Below the pieces are notes generated by a model. The model ran no database searches, was not told where the DNA came from, and saw only the letters and a list, made by a program, of their open reading frames with translations. From positions 2,656,354 to 2,696,353 of the forward strand of contig NZ_CP048878.1 in NCBI RefSeq assembly GCF_011009015.1: 40,000 nt of DNA, in the 5' to 3' direction. The translations under genes and the position numbers were made by a program. Shown here in pieces: positions 1 through 8,638 of this stretch (positions are counted from its first letter, which is position 1; each line of letters begins with the position of its first letter). Source of the stretch: Spartinivicinus ruber (GTDB taxonomy: Bacteria; Pseudomonadota; Gammaproteobacteria; Pseudomonadales; Zooshikellaceae).

Positions 1-117
1 AGATAGCTAAAGCATTTGAAGTGATACTAGTTGATAAATCAGCTTTTTTACCTAGAACATAAAGTTTGTAATCTAACTCATATCAATCTCCTAAAATTAT
101 AAAGAATAGAGCATAAA

Positions 118-846
118 ATGACTGACTTACTTCGATTTGAATTTGGATCATTGTCTGTTCGTGTCATCGATAAAGATGGCGAGCCTTGGTTTGTGGCTAA
201 GGATATTTCTAGCGTATTAGGCTATTCACTACCAAGCGCAATGACACGGCATTTAGATGCTGAAGAAAAGGATATGTCAATTGTGCATACCCTTGGCGGA
301 GCCCAGGAATTGCAGACCATCAACGAATCAGGCCTTTATTCAGCCATAATAAGAAGCCGCCGCCCTGAAGCAAAAGTCTTTAAAAAATGGGTTACTAGTG
401 AAGTGCTTCCAGCTATTCGAAAAACAGGTGGCTATGGTATAACCCCAATTGATTGGACTAATACACAGCAAGTGGCAGGGATATTGGCGCAATCAATGGA
501 AAAAATCCAAGAACAAAACCAGCAAATAGGCGCTATGAAGCCTAAAGTTGAAGCGCTTGAGCGCATAGCCAACTCCGATGGTGGTATGTGCATCACCAAT
601 GCGGCTAAAGACTTACAGATTAGACCTAAAGATTTATTTAGTTGGTTATCTAAAAATAAGTGGATTTATCGTCGGGTGGGTCATGCTACCTGGACGGCTT
701 ATCAAAATAAAATACAGCAAGGTGTTTTAGAACATAAAGTTACTGTCATAGGTCGTTCAGATGGGGCAGAAAAAACTATAGAACAAGTGAAAGTGACACC
801 AAAAGGATTAACACTCTTGGCAAAGCAATTAAATCTGACCGTATAG
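118..846 (+). CDS. Phage antirepressor (BRO-N-type N-domain plus KilA-C/ANT-like C-domain)
   Basis: 242-aa ORF. The N-terminus (FEFGSLSVRVIDKDGEPWFVAKDISSVLGY ... KWVTSEVLPAIRKTGGY) fits the Bro-N pattern. The C-half (ITNAAKDLQIRPKDLFSWL) is like antirepressor C-domains. Confidence 0.8.
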   Translation: MTDLLRFEFGSLSVRVIDKDGEPWFVAKDISSVLGYSLPSAMTRHLDAEEKDMSIVHTLGGAQELQTINESGLYSAIIRSRRPEAKVFKKWVTSEVLPAIRKTGGYGITPIDWTNTQQVAGILAQSMEKIQEQNQQIGAMKPKVEALERIANSDGGMCITNAAKDLQIRPKDLFSWLSKNKWIYRRVGHATWTAYQNKIQQGVLEHKVTVIGRSDGAEKTIEQVKVTPKGLTLLAKQLNLTV

Positions 847-906
847 ATTTAACAACACTATTCTTAATATTTAGGTATGGTTTTGCGGTAACAAGAGGCT
901 GGTTGT

Positions 907-1197
907 ATGATAAGCTCTGAAAGCCTGATTAAAGGAAAAACTTATTATCTTATTGGTTTTTATGATGATGCTTTAAAAATACCAGATATAGAAACTTATA
1001 TATATGTGGGAAAGAATCTATTGTCTGATGACGGGGCTTGGTATTTTCAATGTCCTCAAACCTTTCTAAAACAAGGCCCTTTTAATGAGTTACCACCCGG
1101 CGACTACTCTGTTATGAGAGCTGATGAAGATACGCTGGAGATGATGTATGACTCACAAGGAATAGTTAACTTATTAACTAACCTTCAAGAAGCCTGA
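907..1197 (+). CDS. Hypothetical small phage protein (96 aa)
   Basis: Clean ORF co-oriented with the neighbouring genes; no motif recognised. Confidence 0.4.
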   Translation: MISSESLIKGKTYYLIGFYDDALKIPDIETYIYVGKNLLSDDGAWYFQCPQTFLKQGPFNELPPGDYSVMRADEDTLEMMYDSQGIVNLLTNLQEA

Positions 1198-1250
1198 AAT
1201 TAAATCAAGTATTGAAGATGTAGTTTGGACTTATTATTTAGGTGAACGTT

Positions 1251-1352
1251 ATGCAATTAGCTTTATTAGCAGTTTTCTTTACTTCTGTATTTAATTACTC
1301 TATTAACCAGAGCATCAAGCCGAGTAATGACAACAGTCCGACCATTATCTGA
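1251..1352 (+). CDS. Possible 33-aa hydrophobic peptide (MQLALLAVFFTSVFNYSINQSIKPSNDNSPTII)
   Basis: ATG preceded by AGGTGA at correct spacing, with a hydrophobic N-terminus. It is below the ORF-track cut-off and rests on sequence only. Confidence 0.2.
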   Translation: MQLALLAVFFTSVFNYSINQSIKPSNDNSPTII

Positions 1353-1400
1353 TTGCCATCTAAGCGCTTGTACCTGGGGACCCTGGGTGATGGTAAGTCT

Positions 1401-1428
1401 TTACGGCGGGTCACCGCGCGGCTTTCGG
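1401..1428. promoter_or_regulatory. Putative cosN-like nicking region
   Basis: The GC-rich island ttacggcgggtcaccgcgcggctttcgg lies about 200 bp upstream of terS. It parallels the lambda cosN context ttacggggcggcgacctcgcgggttttcg, recalled from memory. Confidence 0.4.
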
Positions 1429-1448
1429 CACGTTTTTCGATTTTTTAT

Positions 1449-1593
1449 AGGTGTCACCAGGTGGTGCCTTAACCTATTGATTTTATTGACTTTTTAACGT
1501 TTTCACCTGGTAACTTGGCCAAGTAGGTGTTTCCAGGTCAACATGACTTAACCCATTGAATTTACTAGACTTTTTGCGATTTCACCTGGAACA
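1449..1593. repeat. Two ~70-bp tandem units (period 76 bp), cosB-like candidate TerS binding array
   Basis: Units 1449-1514 and 1525-1593 align as aggtgtNNCCAGGT..CTTAACCnATTGA..GACTTTTT..TTTCACCTGG. Each carries an inverted CCAGGT/ACCTGG pair. Confidence 0.5.
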
Positions 1594-1625
1594 TCGCTAA
1601 AGGGTTCCAACTGAATGATCTCTCA

Positions 1626-2117
1626 ATGCCTGATAACACAGGGCTTCCAGCCAATTTCAATTGGTCTATCTCACTTATTGCGGATGCATTTGGCTTGTCA
1701 CGTCAGACTGTCCGAAAGCGTATTCGGCAGGCGGGGATTGAGCCAGCAGGTACCGTCAAAAGCAATCCGGTTTATGCCTTGGCCGATGTAGGGCCTATTT
1801 TATTTACCGATAATTTAATTGAGAGTGCGGATTTCACACCCGAAAAACTACCGCCAAAAGAGCGGAAAGACTGGTATCAATCGGAAACAGAGCGCCATAA
1901 ATTAGCAGTGCAAGTACGCGAGCTGATTCCTGAAGGTGAGGTCCGCGATGAAATGGCCACACTCTTTAAAAGTCTTGTGTCTTATTTTGAATCGCTACCC
2001 GATAAAGTGGAGCGAACCCGTTTATTTACCACCGAGCAACTCAGTCTATTGGATGACTGCCACGATAAATTTAGAGAAGAGTTGTATCAGCAGCTAATGG
2101 CTATTGATGATGATTAA
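1626..2117 (+). CDS. Terminase small subunit (HTH-type, Nu1-like position)
   Basis: N-terminal HTH (ISLIADAFGLSRQTVRKRIRQAGI). It lies directly upstream of, and overlaps, the GpA-type large terminase, downstream of the cos-like repeats. Confidence 0.6.
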   Translation: MPDNTGLPANFNWSISLIADAFGLSRQTVRKRIRQAGIEPAGTVKSNPVYALADVGPILFTDNLIESADFTPEKLPPKERKDWYQSETERHKLAVQVRELIPEGEVRDEMATLFKSLVSYFESLPDKVERTRLFTTEQLSLLDDCHDKFREELYQQLMAIDDD

Positions 2118-4143
2118 ATATGGCTCAGCCCGAAAAGTGATGCGGGAATGTGCCACCTTATTAAGGCCCCCAAAACGTCAACCACTTTCCCAAGCAGCAC
2201 GAGAAGTACTATATGTTAAGTCGGGTAATGCCATGGAGCGTTGGGATGGAGACCTTGTGCCTTATATGCATGAGCCCATGGACTGCTTAAGTGCACGTGC
2301 TTATGACGCGGTAATTTTTGTCGGGCCTGCTCGAACCTCAAAAACGGTTTCCTTAGTTGATGGCTGGGTATGCAATACCATCGTGAATGATCCGGCAGAT
2401 ATGTTGGTGGTACAAATTACCGAAGAAAAAGCCAGGGAGTTCAGTAAAAAAAGATTAAGTCGAGCCTTTGACAGTTGCCCACCAATAAAAGCGGCTATGT
2501 CACCTCGGGCCAGTGACAATAATGTGCACGATAAAGTCTTTAAAGCCGGTAATTTTTTAAAAATTGGTTGGCCCTCAAAAAATATCTTAGCCTCATCCGA
2601 TTGGAAGCGCGTGGCACTGACGGATTATGATCGCATGCCAACCGATGTGGATGGGGAGGGTAGCCCTTTTATTTTAGCAGCTAAACGAACACAAACCTTT
2701 ATGTCGTCAGGTATGGTGTTGGTAGAAAGCTCACCGAAAGGGGTGGTGACCAATCCTAATTTTCGGCCCAGCCATCCCCATGAAGCGCTGCCAGCCGATG
2801 GCATTATTAGCCTATACAACCAAGGTGATCGCCGCTGCTTTTATTGGCAATGTCCCGATTGCCAAGACTGGTTTGAACCCGATTTTGATTTATTGGTGTA
2901 TGAATATGATGAGCCTGACCCGAATAAAGCCAGTGAATCCGTCTTTTTACGATGTCCAATTTGCTCAGCGGTGATTGAGGAGCAGCTAAAAAGCCAATTA
3001 AACCAGTCGGGCCAGTGGTTACGCCAAGGTGAAACCATTGATAAACAGGGGGTTCGTGGTGGTGAGCCTCGCCAATCCCGTTATGCGTCTTTTTGGCAAA
3101 AAAGCCCTACGGCGGCTTTTCAAACTTGGTCGCAACTGGTGTATAAGTATGTGGCAGCTAAACGCAAATTTGAAGAAACGGGGATTGAAGAAGATTTAAA
3201 AACCACGATTAATGTCGATCAGGGTAAACCGTATATTCGCCCTCACACCAGTGGCTATGATGCCCAAGCCCTGCAAGATCGCCAGGCCAATTATGGAAAA
3301 CGGGTGGTACCGGACTGGGTTCGGTTTTTAACAGCCGCCATTGATATTCAAGCCGGTAAAAATGCCCGATTTGTTGTGCAAGTCATTGGTTGGGGGGAGC
3401 AATTAGAACACTTAGTGGTAGACCGGTTTTCACTGACACTCTCTAATCGCGAGGACGATAATGGCAAACGACTACGGGTGTCGCCAGGCTCTTACAATGA
3501 AGATTGGGATATTTTAATTGAGCAAGTGATATTACGGACCTATCAATTAGCGGATGACTCTAACCGCGTGATGCCCATTATCAAAGTCGCTTGTGATAGT
3601 GGTGGTGAAGCCGGTGTTACCGATAATGCTTACCAGTTTTACCGACGACTAAAAAAAGCCGGTTACGCTCGACGCTTTATGTTGATCAAAGGCGCTTCAC
3701 GGCATACTGCTCCGACCATTAATAAAACCTATCCAGATAATTCCAAGCGCAGTAACCGTAAAGCCATTGCCATGGGTGACGTGCCAGTGTATTTACTGAA
3801 TACCCATCAAATTAAGGATACTGTCTCCAATTGTTTAGACAGGGAAGTGCCCGGGCCGCGTTATGTGCATTTTCCACGGTGGTTGGATTCCTGGTTTTTT
3901 GATGAATTAACCAGTGAACGACGTTTGCCGAATGGTTGCTGGGAGCGACAAGGTTCTGCCCCTAACGAAGCCTGGGATTTAATGGTGTATAACTGGGCCT
4001 GTATTTATGAGCGCAAAGCCGATTTAATTAATTGGGATAATCCCCCTGGCTATGCCCGTCCTTGGGATGACAACTCGGAAATTCAACAAAAATCTGATGA
4101 GCGTGTGATGCCTAAACGGCGTCGCCGCCGTCGTACATTTTAG
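2104..4143 (+). CDS. Terminase large subunit, lambda GpA family
   Basis: 679 aa. It shares landmarks with lambda gpA recalled from memory: Walker-like VGPARTSKT, zinc motif CPDCQ..CPIC, LTAAIDIQ..VIGWG (lambda LTAGIDSQ..VWGWG), CDSGGE, IKGAS and NEAWDLMVY. Confidence 0.9.
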   Translation: MMMIKYGSARKVMRECATLLRPPKRQPLSQAAREVLYVKSGNAMERWDGDLVPYMHEPMDCLSARAYDAVIFVGPARTSKTVSLVDGWVCNTIVNDPADMLVVQITEEKAREFSKKRLSRAFDSCPPIKAAMSPRASDNNVHDKVFKAGNFLKIGWPSKNILASSDWKRVALTDYDRMPTDVDGEGSPFILAAKRTQTFMSSGMVLVESSPKGVVTNPNFRPSHPHEALPADGIISLYNQGDRRCFYWQCPDCQDWFEPDFDLLVYEYDEPDPNKASESVFLRCPICSAVIEEQLKSQLNQSGQWLRQGETIDKQGVRGGEPRQSRYASFWQKSPTAAFQTWSQLVYKYVAAKRKFEETGIEEDLKTTINVDQGKPYIRPHTSGYDAQALQDRQANYGKRVVPDWVRFLTAAIDIQAGKNARFVVQVIGWGEQLEHLVVDRFSLTLSNREDDNGKRLRVSPGSYNEDWDILIEQVILRTYQLADDSNRVMPIIKVACDSGGEAGVTDNAYQFYRRLKKAGYARRFMLIKGASRHTAPTINKTYPDNSKRSNRKAIAMGDVPVYLLNTHQIKDTVSNCLDREVPGPRYVHFPRWLDSWFFDELTSERRLPNGCWERQGSAPNEAWDLMVYNWACIYERKADLINWDNPPGYARPWDDNSEIQQKSDERVMPKRRRRRRTF

Positions 4144-4171
4144 AAAACTATAAATAGTCAGGGCAAGAGGC

Positions 4172-4579
4172 TTATAATTTTCTTGCAATGGTCATTTCTG
4201 CTTCGCTGGAATAATGCTTGCCACTGGATAGCGTATATTTACCACGACAAATTCTTTCTTTTTTGGTTGAAAAGCACTTTAGTTTTATTCTATCGGGTGA
4301 AGCTGTCCACATTGGGTCATCCTTTAACTGAGAAACACAATTTAAAAGTTCACTCGGTTTACCCGATTGATCAAAGGTGATCTCGCATTCAAACTTAAAT
4401 TGATTTTTAATGAATACAACGTATTTATCTTTCTCTTGCCGGATGGTCACCGCTCTTAATGAGGCAATATCATTGTCATTGCCGTATAGTTTAGATGTGA
4501 GCCATAATTGCTTTTCATTTGCACTAGCCATTCCTGATACTAAGAATGCAGCTAATAATACAGGCAATTGAATTTTCAT
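4172..4579 (-). CDS. Secreted protein of unknown function (antisense moron)
   Basis: 135 aa with a signal peptide (MKIQLPVLLAAFLVSGMASA/NE). It is AT-richer than the flanks and opposite in strand to the late operon. Confidence 0.6.
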   Translation of the reverse strand: MKIQLPVLLAAFLVSGMASANEKQLWLTSKLYGNDNDIASLRAVTIRQEKDKYVVFIKNQFKFECEITFDQSGKPSELLNCVSQLKDDPMWTASPDRIKLKCFSTKKERICRGKYTLSSGKHYSSEAEMTIARKL

Positions 4580-4704
4580 TTGTTCCTCTTATAAATAAAA
4601 CAGTGACTATGCCAGTTTATAGCGTAATGGATGCTTGAAAAGCAAATTATCCGCATTTAGGTAACATATATCCATTTCTTGAGAACTCTCCTTTAATAGA
4701 AACC

Positions 4705-4911
4705 ATGTCATTTACTGCAACTGATTTAGATGCGATTAACGAAGCCATTGCCGGTGGTGAGTTACGGGTTAAATTTAAAGACCGTGAAGTGGAATACCGC
4801 AGTATGGATGAATTAATCAAAGCCCGTCGGTTAATCCAGCGAGCCTTGGCCAGCAACCAAAAAAGCCAGGCGTTTAAAGGCTCTCGCACTTGGGTAGACA
4901 GAGGTCTGTAA
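4705..4911 (+). CDS. Head-tail joining protein, lambda gpW-like
   Basis: 68 aa lying between terminase and portal. LDAINEAIAGGELRVKFKDREVEYRSMDELIKARRLI fits the gpW pattern. Confidence 0.75.
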   Translation: MSFTATDLDAINEAIAGGELRVKFKDREVEYRSMDELIKARRLIQRALASNQKSQAFKGSRTWVDRGL

Positions 4912-6416
4912 TGAAAACCAGCCCAATATTAGGCCCTAATGGCGAGCGAATAGTGGTTGTGAATCGCTCCTATGAAGGCGCTACCCGTGGTCCTCGCTCT
5001 GTGGGGTGGTATGCACCGAGTAGTGGTCCTAACCGTGCCTTGGTCGGATCATTACCCACTTTACGTAATCGCACCCGTGCCGGTTATCGCAACAGTTTAA
5101 TGCAGCGGGCGGCCATTAATAAAAATACCTGCAATGAAATTGGCACTGGTATTCAGGTCTGCAGTAATTGTGAAGACGATGACTTTCGGCTGGCGGCGAA
5201 TAAACTATGGGGAATTTCCGTCTCGGAAATGGACCCAGAAAGCGTATTAGATTTTTATGGTCAGCAAGCCCAAATGGCCCGCAATCGTCGTCTATCGGGT
5301 GAGGTCTTTATTCGATTAAGAAGGCGTAAAACCAATAGTGGTCTAGCGGTGCCTATCCAAATTGATGTACTGGAAGCGGATTTTGTCCCCATTGAATTTT
5401 CAAAAACGTTACCCAACGGTAACCGTATTGTTCATGGGGTAGAATTTAGAGGCGCTTACCGGGTGGCCTATTGGCTGTATAAACAACACCCACAAGATGG
5501 TGATAGTGGTGATTTAACTAATTTAATCCGCGTACCTGCCAAGGATATTATTCACCATTACTTGCCCATTCGGCCTAAACAAGTCCGCGGTGAACCTGAC
5601 AGTGTAGTGGCCTTGTTAAAAGATCGGACTTTTGCGGATTATGACGACACGGAATTAATTCGGAAAAAAGAACGCTCTGCCTATACTGGCTTTTTATATC
5701 GAGAAGAAGCCTTTGAGGAGGATTATCAGTTTGATCCTATGAGCGGCAAGCCATTAATGGAAGAGGGTGACATTGAAGAAATGGAGCCCGTTCAACGGAT
5801 AGCGGCAGGTACAATGTTAAGGGGAGTACCTGGTGAAAAACTGGAATTATTTGATGGCGATAACTCCGGGCAGGGGTATGCGGATTTTATGCGCTGGCAA
5901 GCATTGCAGTTAGCCACAGGTATGGGGCTGCCTTACCAGTTATTAACGGGTGATTGGAATAATGTAAATGACCGACTGGTAAGGGGTATCCTCAACGAAT
6001 ACCACCGGGAAATCGAAATGATGCAAGATCACCTGATGGTCTATCAGGTATGTCGGCGGGTATGGCAATGGTGGATGGATACGGCAGTATTAACGGGTAA
6101 GCTAACCGCACAACACTACGCTACCAACCCCAAGTATTATCAAACTATGGAAGCTTGCCCAGACGCCTGGCGGCACTTACACCCAGTACAGGATATTCAA
6201 GCCCGGCAAGCAGCGATTAAAAGTCACTTGTCGAATATGGACAGTGAAGCCACTGAATTGGGTTATGACATTGATGACAATATGCGCCGTAATGCTCAGG
6301 CCTTTAAACGGTGGTTATCGATTTGTCAGGAAAATGGGATTGAGCCGGAAATAGCGGCTGCATTTTTTAATAATCAATCAAATACAGCCAATAATGATGT
6401 TGCAGAGAAAGTTTAG
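4911..6416 (+). CDS. Portal protein, lambda gpB family
   Basis: About 500 aa immediately after gpW. I prefer the ATG at 4911 (TAATG overlap with the gpW stop) over the TTG at 4890 given in the ORF track. Confidence 0.85.
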   Translation: MKTSPILGPNGERIVVVNRSYEGATRGPRSVGWYAPSSGPNRALVGSLPTLRNRTRAGYRNSLMQRAAINKNTCNEIGTGIQVCSNCEDDDFRLAANKLWGISVSEMDPESVLDFYGQQAQMARNRRLSGEVFIRLRRRKTNSGLAVPIQIDVLEADFVPIEFSKTLPNGNRIVHGVEFRGAYRVAYWLYKQHPQDGDSGDLTNLIRVPAKDIIHHYLPIRPKQVRGEPDSVVALLKDRTFADYDDTELIRKKERSAYTGFLYREEAFEEDYQFDPMSGKPLMEEGDIEEMEPVQRIAAGTMLRGVPGEKLELFDGDNSGQGYADFMRWQALQLATGMGLPYQLLTGDWNNVNDRLVRGILNEYHREIEMMQDHLMVYQVCRRVWQWWMDTAVLTGKLTAQHYATNPKYYQTMEACPDAWRHLHPVQDIQARQAAIKSHLSNMDSEATELGYDIDDNMRRNAQAFKRWLSICQENGIEPEIAAAFFNNQSNTANNDVAEKV

Positions 6417-6472
6417 ATAGTTGATTGCCTTTTACCCCTCATGATAAAGTAAAATTTTTTGGAGTACATATA

Positions 6473-7084
6473 ATGCAACTTAATGCATTAATCAAAAATG
6501 CTGTATTAGTTTCGTGTTTAGTTTTATCCGTGGGTTGTTCTAAAGAAGATAATAACAGCACGCCCCCTAAACAAAATAAAGTCGTTAATCTTGTGTTAGA
6601 AGAAGAAAATGGCTTAAATAACATTGGCACTAAAATTCCATTTAATGTAGATGATATAAAAAAACAACTTACAGGCTATGTTATCACTGAAGAAAAAAGT
6701 GAATGTGAAGAAGGAATGTGTAATTACATCAACATAGGCTATAACAAAAATATACCTGTTGTTATTGAAGGGGCTGGTGGGGCATATCACACAATTAAAG
6801 TGGGCAGTTATGATGTAATTCCTAGAGTACAAGGAAGAATAGGCGACTCATTTGATGGGTTTATTTTTTCAACTGACGAAGCAGTATATAAGGAGTACTG
6901 TAAGCCAGGAATGGAAACATACTCAGGCACTATTATCTGTTTAACGCGTACTGCTGATAGAAGTAAAACAACTCATATTTCACACGTATTTGCAGGTGAA
7001 TATAATGGACCTGATGGTGAACTTCCACCACTAGATAAAGTTCAAAACTTTAAAATCGTGTCTACCCTTTGGCAGAAGAAATAG
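6473..7084 (+). CDS. Lipoprotein moron (lipobox LSVGC)
   Basis: ATG at 6473 with GGAG 8 nt upstream. The product starts MQLNALIKNAVLVSCLVLSVG/CSKEDNN. The gene is AT-rich and inserted between portal and protease. Confidence 0.7.
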   Translation: MQLNALIKNAVLVSCLVLSVGCSKEDNNSTPPKQNKVVNLVLEEENGLNNIGTKIPFNVDDIKKQLTGYVITEEKSECEEGMCNYINIGYNKNIPVVIEGAGGAYHTIKVGSYDVIPRVQGRIGDSFDGFIFSTDEAVYKEYCKPGMETYSGTIICLTRTADRSKTTHISHVFAGEYNGPDGELPPLDKVQNFKIVSTLWQKK

Positions 7085-7123
7085 CCTATTACTCAAGTGC
7101 AATAAATTAATATTGTCCTAATT

Positions 7124-7151
7124 AAAAACCCGGCATCCGCCGGGTTTTTTT
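7124..7151 (+). terminator. Rho-independent terminator
   Basis: aaaaaCCCGGCatccGCCGGGttttttt: a GC-rich 6-bp stem followed by a T7 tail. Confidence 0.75.
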
Positions 7152-7173
7152 ATGCCTAAAAAAAGGAACCCCA

Positions 7174-8190
7174 ATGACTTGGTTTAATGTAATTGCCCGT
7201 CGTAATGACGATCAACAACTTACCGCTGAAATCAGTATTTACGATCAAATCGGTAAAAACTGGTTTTCTGACGATGGTGTGGCCGCCAAAGAATTTACCG
7301 AAGCGGTAGAGGCGTTGGGTGATGTCAGCCATATCAAATTAATGCTGAATAGTCCGGGTGGTAGCATCCGTGATGGCATGCAGATATACAACTTCTTACG
7401 TCGGCATCAGGCGCAAGTCGAAGTGTTAGTGTTAGCCGAAGCGTCGAGTATCGCTTCCGTGATAGTGCAAGCGGCTGATAAACGGGTGATGTGTAAAGGC
7501 GCTATTATGATGGTACATGACCCCATGGCCTGGGCTGGTGGTTATGTGAATGCCCAGCAGTGCCAAAAACTGGCTAGCACCTTAACCACCTATAAAGAAA
7601 GCCTGATTAATGCCTATACCGAAACCACCGGATTAGATCGCGATACGGTCGCCAGCTTAATGAGTGCTGAAACCTTTATGACGGCAGAAGAAGCCATCGA
7701 AAAAGGCTTTGCGGATGCGCTGGATGAAACCTATGTCAGTAACTGTCGTACAGCCGATCATGACCAATTAAAAAACCAAGTGGCCAATGAATTAAAGCCA
7801 CCGAAAGCGCCAGCTTCTCCTAAACCAACAACAGCTAATCAATCCAAGCCAATGGATGCATTGGCGTTAATTAAAGCGTGTGATCAAGCGGGTGTGGCTT
7901 TTTTAGCTCAGTCATTGTTAGAGAAACAACTCACCGAATCGGCTTTTAAACAAGCACTTAATCAAGCCCAAGCGATAAGGAATGCGTGTGTGGTTGGCAA
8001 TTTAACAGACAGTGCCGAGGGATTAATTAAAGTGATGCATGATCCCGCCAAGCTGATTGGCCAGGTGATTCAAGATGTCAAAGCATCACTGGAGCCGGAT
8101 GACCTGAACGGGGAAATTAGCAGTCATGTGAATACCCCCAAAATTAATATCAACGACATTTATCAAGCCAGACAGAGGACAACAGCATGA
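7174..8190 (+). CDS. Prohead protease (ClpP/S14-like) with C-terminal scaffold-like extension
   Basis: NSPGGSIRDGMQIYNFL...AEASSIASVI...MMVHDP is the ClpP-type head-maturation protease signature. The C-terminal ~150 aa are helical, Ala/Gln-rich and scaffold-like. Confidence 0.85.
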   Translation: MTWFNVIARRNDDQQLTAEISIYDQIGKNWFSDDGVAAKEFTEAVEALGDVSHIKLMLNSPGGSIRDGMQIYNFLRRHQAQVEVLVLAEASSIASVIVQAADKRVMCKGAIMMVHDPMAWAGGYVNAQQCQKLASTLTTYKESLINAYTETTGLDRDTVASLMSAETFMTAEEAIEKGFADALDETYVSNCRTADHDQLKNQVANELKPPKAPASPKPTTANQSKPMDALALIKACDQAGVAFLAQSLLEKQLTESAFKQALNQAQAIRNACVVGNLTDSAEGLIKVMHDPAKLIGQVIQDVKASLEPDDLNGEISSHVNTPKININDIYQARQRTTA

Positions 8191-8540
8191 TCCATGAACC
8201 CCGTTTTGCCGGTGAATATATCCTACGCGAAATTCCCGACTTTGCCCGCGACGAAAAAATTATTAGTGGTGGTCATTACCCGGCAGCGACAGTATTAGGT
8301 CAGCTCAAAGCCAGCGGCCATTTAGTGCAATTAAACCCCACTGCCAGTGATGGTTCCGAAAAAGCCGCTGCCATTTTATACGACATGACCGACGCCAGTG
8401 CTACCGATAAAATAGCGGTCGTCACGGCTCGTTTAACGGTCATTAATGGCCATAAACTCCACTGGCCGGACAATATCACTGAGAAACAACAGCAAGCCGC
8501 GATTGCTCAATTAGCCGAGCGTCATATCGTCGTCCGTTAA
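8187..8540 (+). CDS. Head decoration protein, lambda gpD-like
   Basis: 117 aa between protease and capsid. The pattern LVQLNPTASDGSEKAAAILYD...LHWPDN parallels lambda gpD LVAWDGTTDGAAVGIL...VLWPE. Confidence 0.7.
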   Translation: MIHEPRFAGEYILREIPDFARDEKIISGGHYPAATVLGQLKASGHLVQLNPTASDGSEKAAAILYDMTDASATDKIAVVTARLTVINGHKLHWPDNITEKQQQAAIAQLAERHIVVR

Positions 8541-8638
8541 TTTGACTTTCAATTTCGCTATAAATTTTCTTATTTTTTTCTCTCCGTTATTTATTTTTTT
8601 ATCTTCCATTACTTTCATTATTTAAAGGACACTACCTC

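Noticed and set aside
1-117. Possible partial gene at the left edge
   Set aside because: No frame on either strand is both open to the window edge and has a plausible start or stop context.
2301-3038. Four 64-72-aa ORFs (2301-2519-, 2625-2819-, 2780-2974+, 2841-3038-) inside the large terminase gene
   Set aside because: They lie entirely within a well-supported 679-aa GpA-family CDS. They have no start context and show shadow-frame composition.
4647-4889. 80-aa minus-strand ORF overlapping gpW
   Set aside because: It is antisense to a recognisable gpW gene. The real antisense moron ends at 4579.
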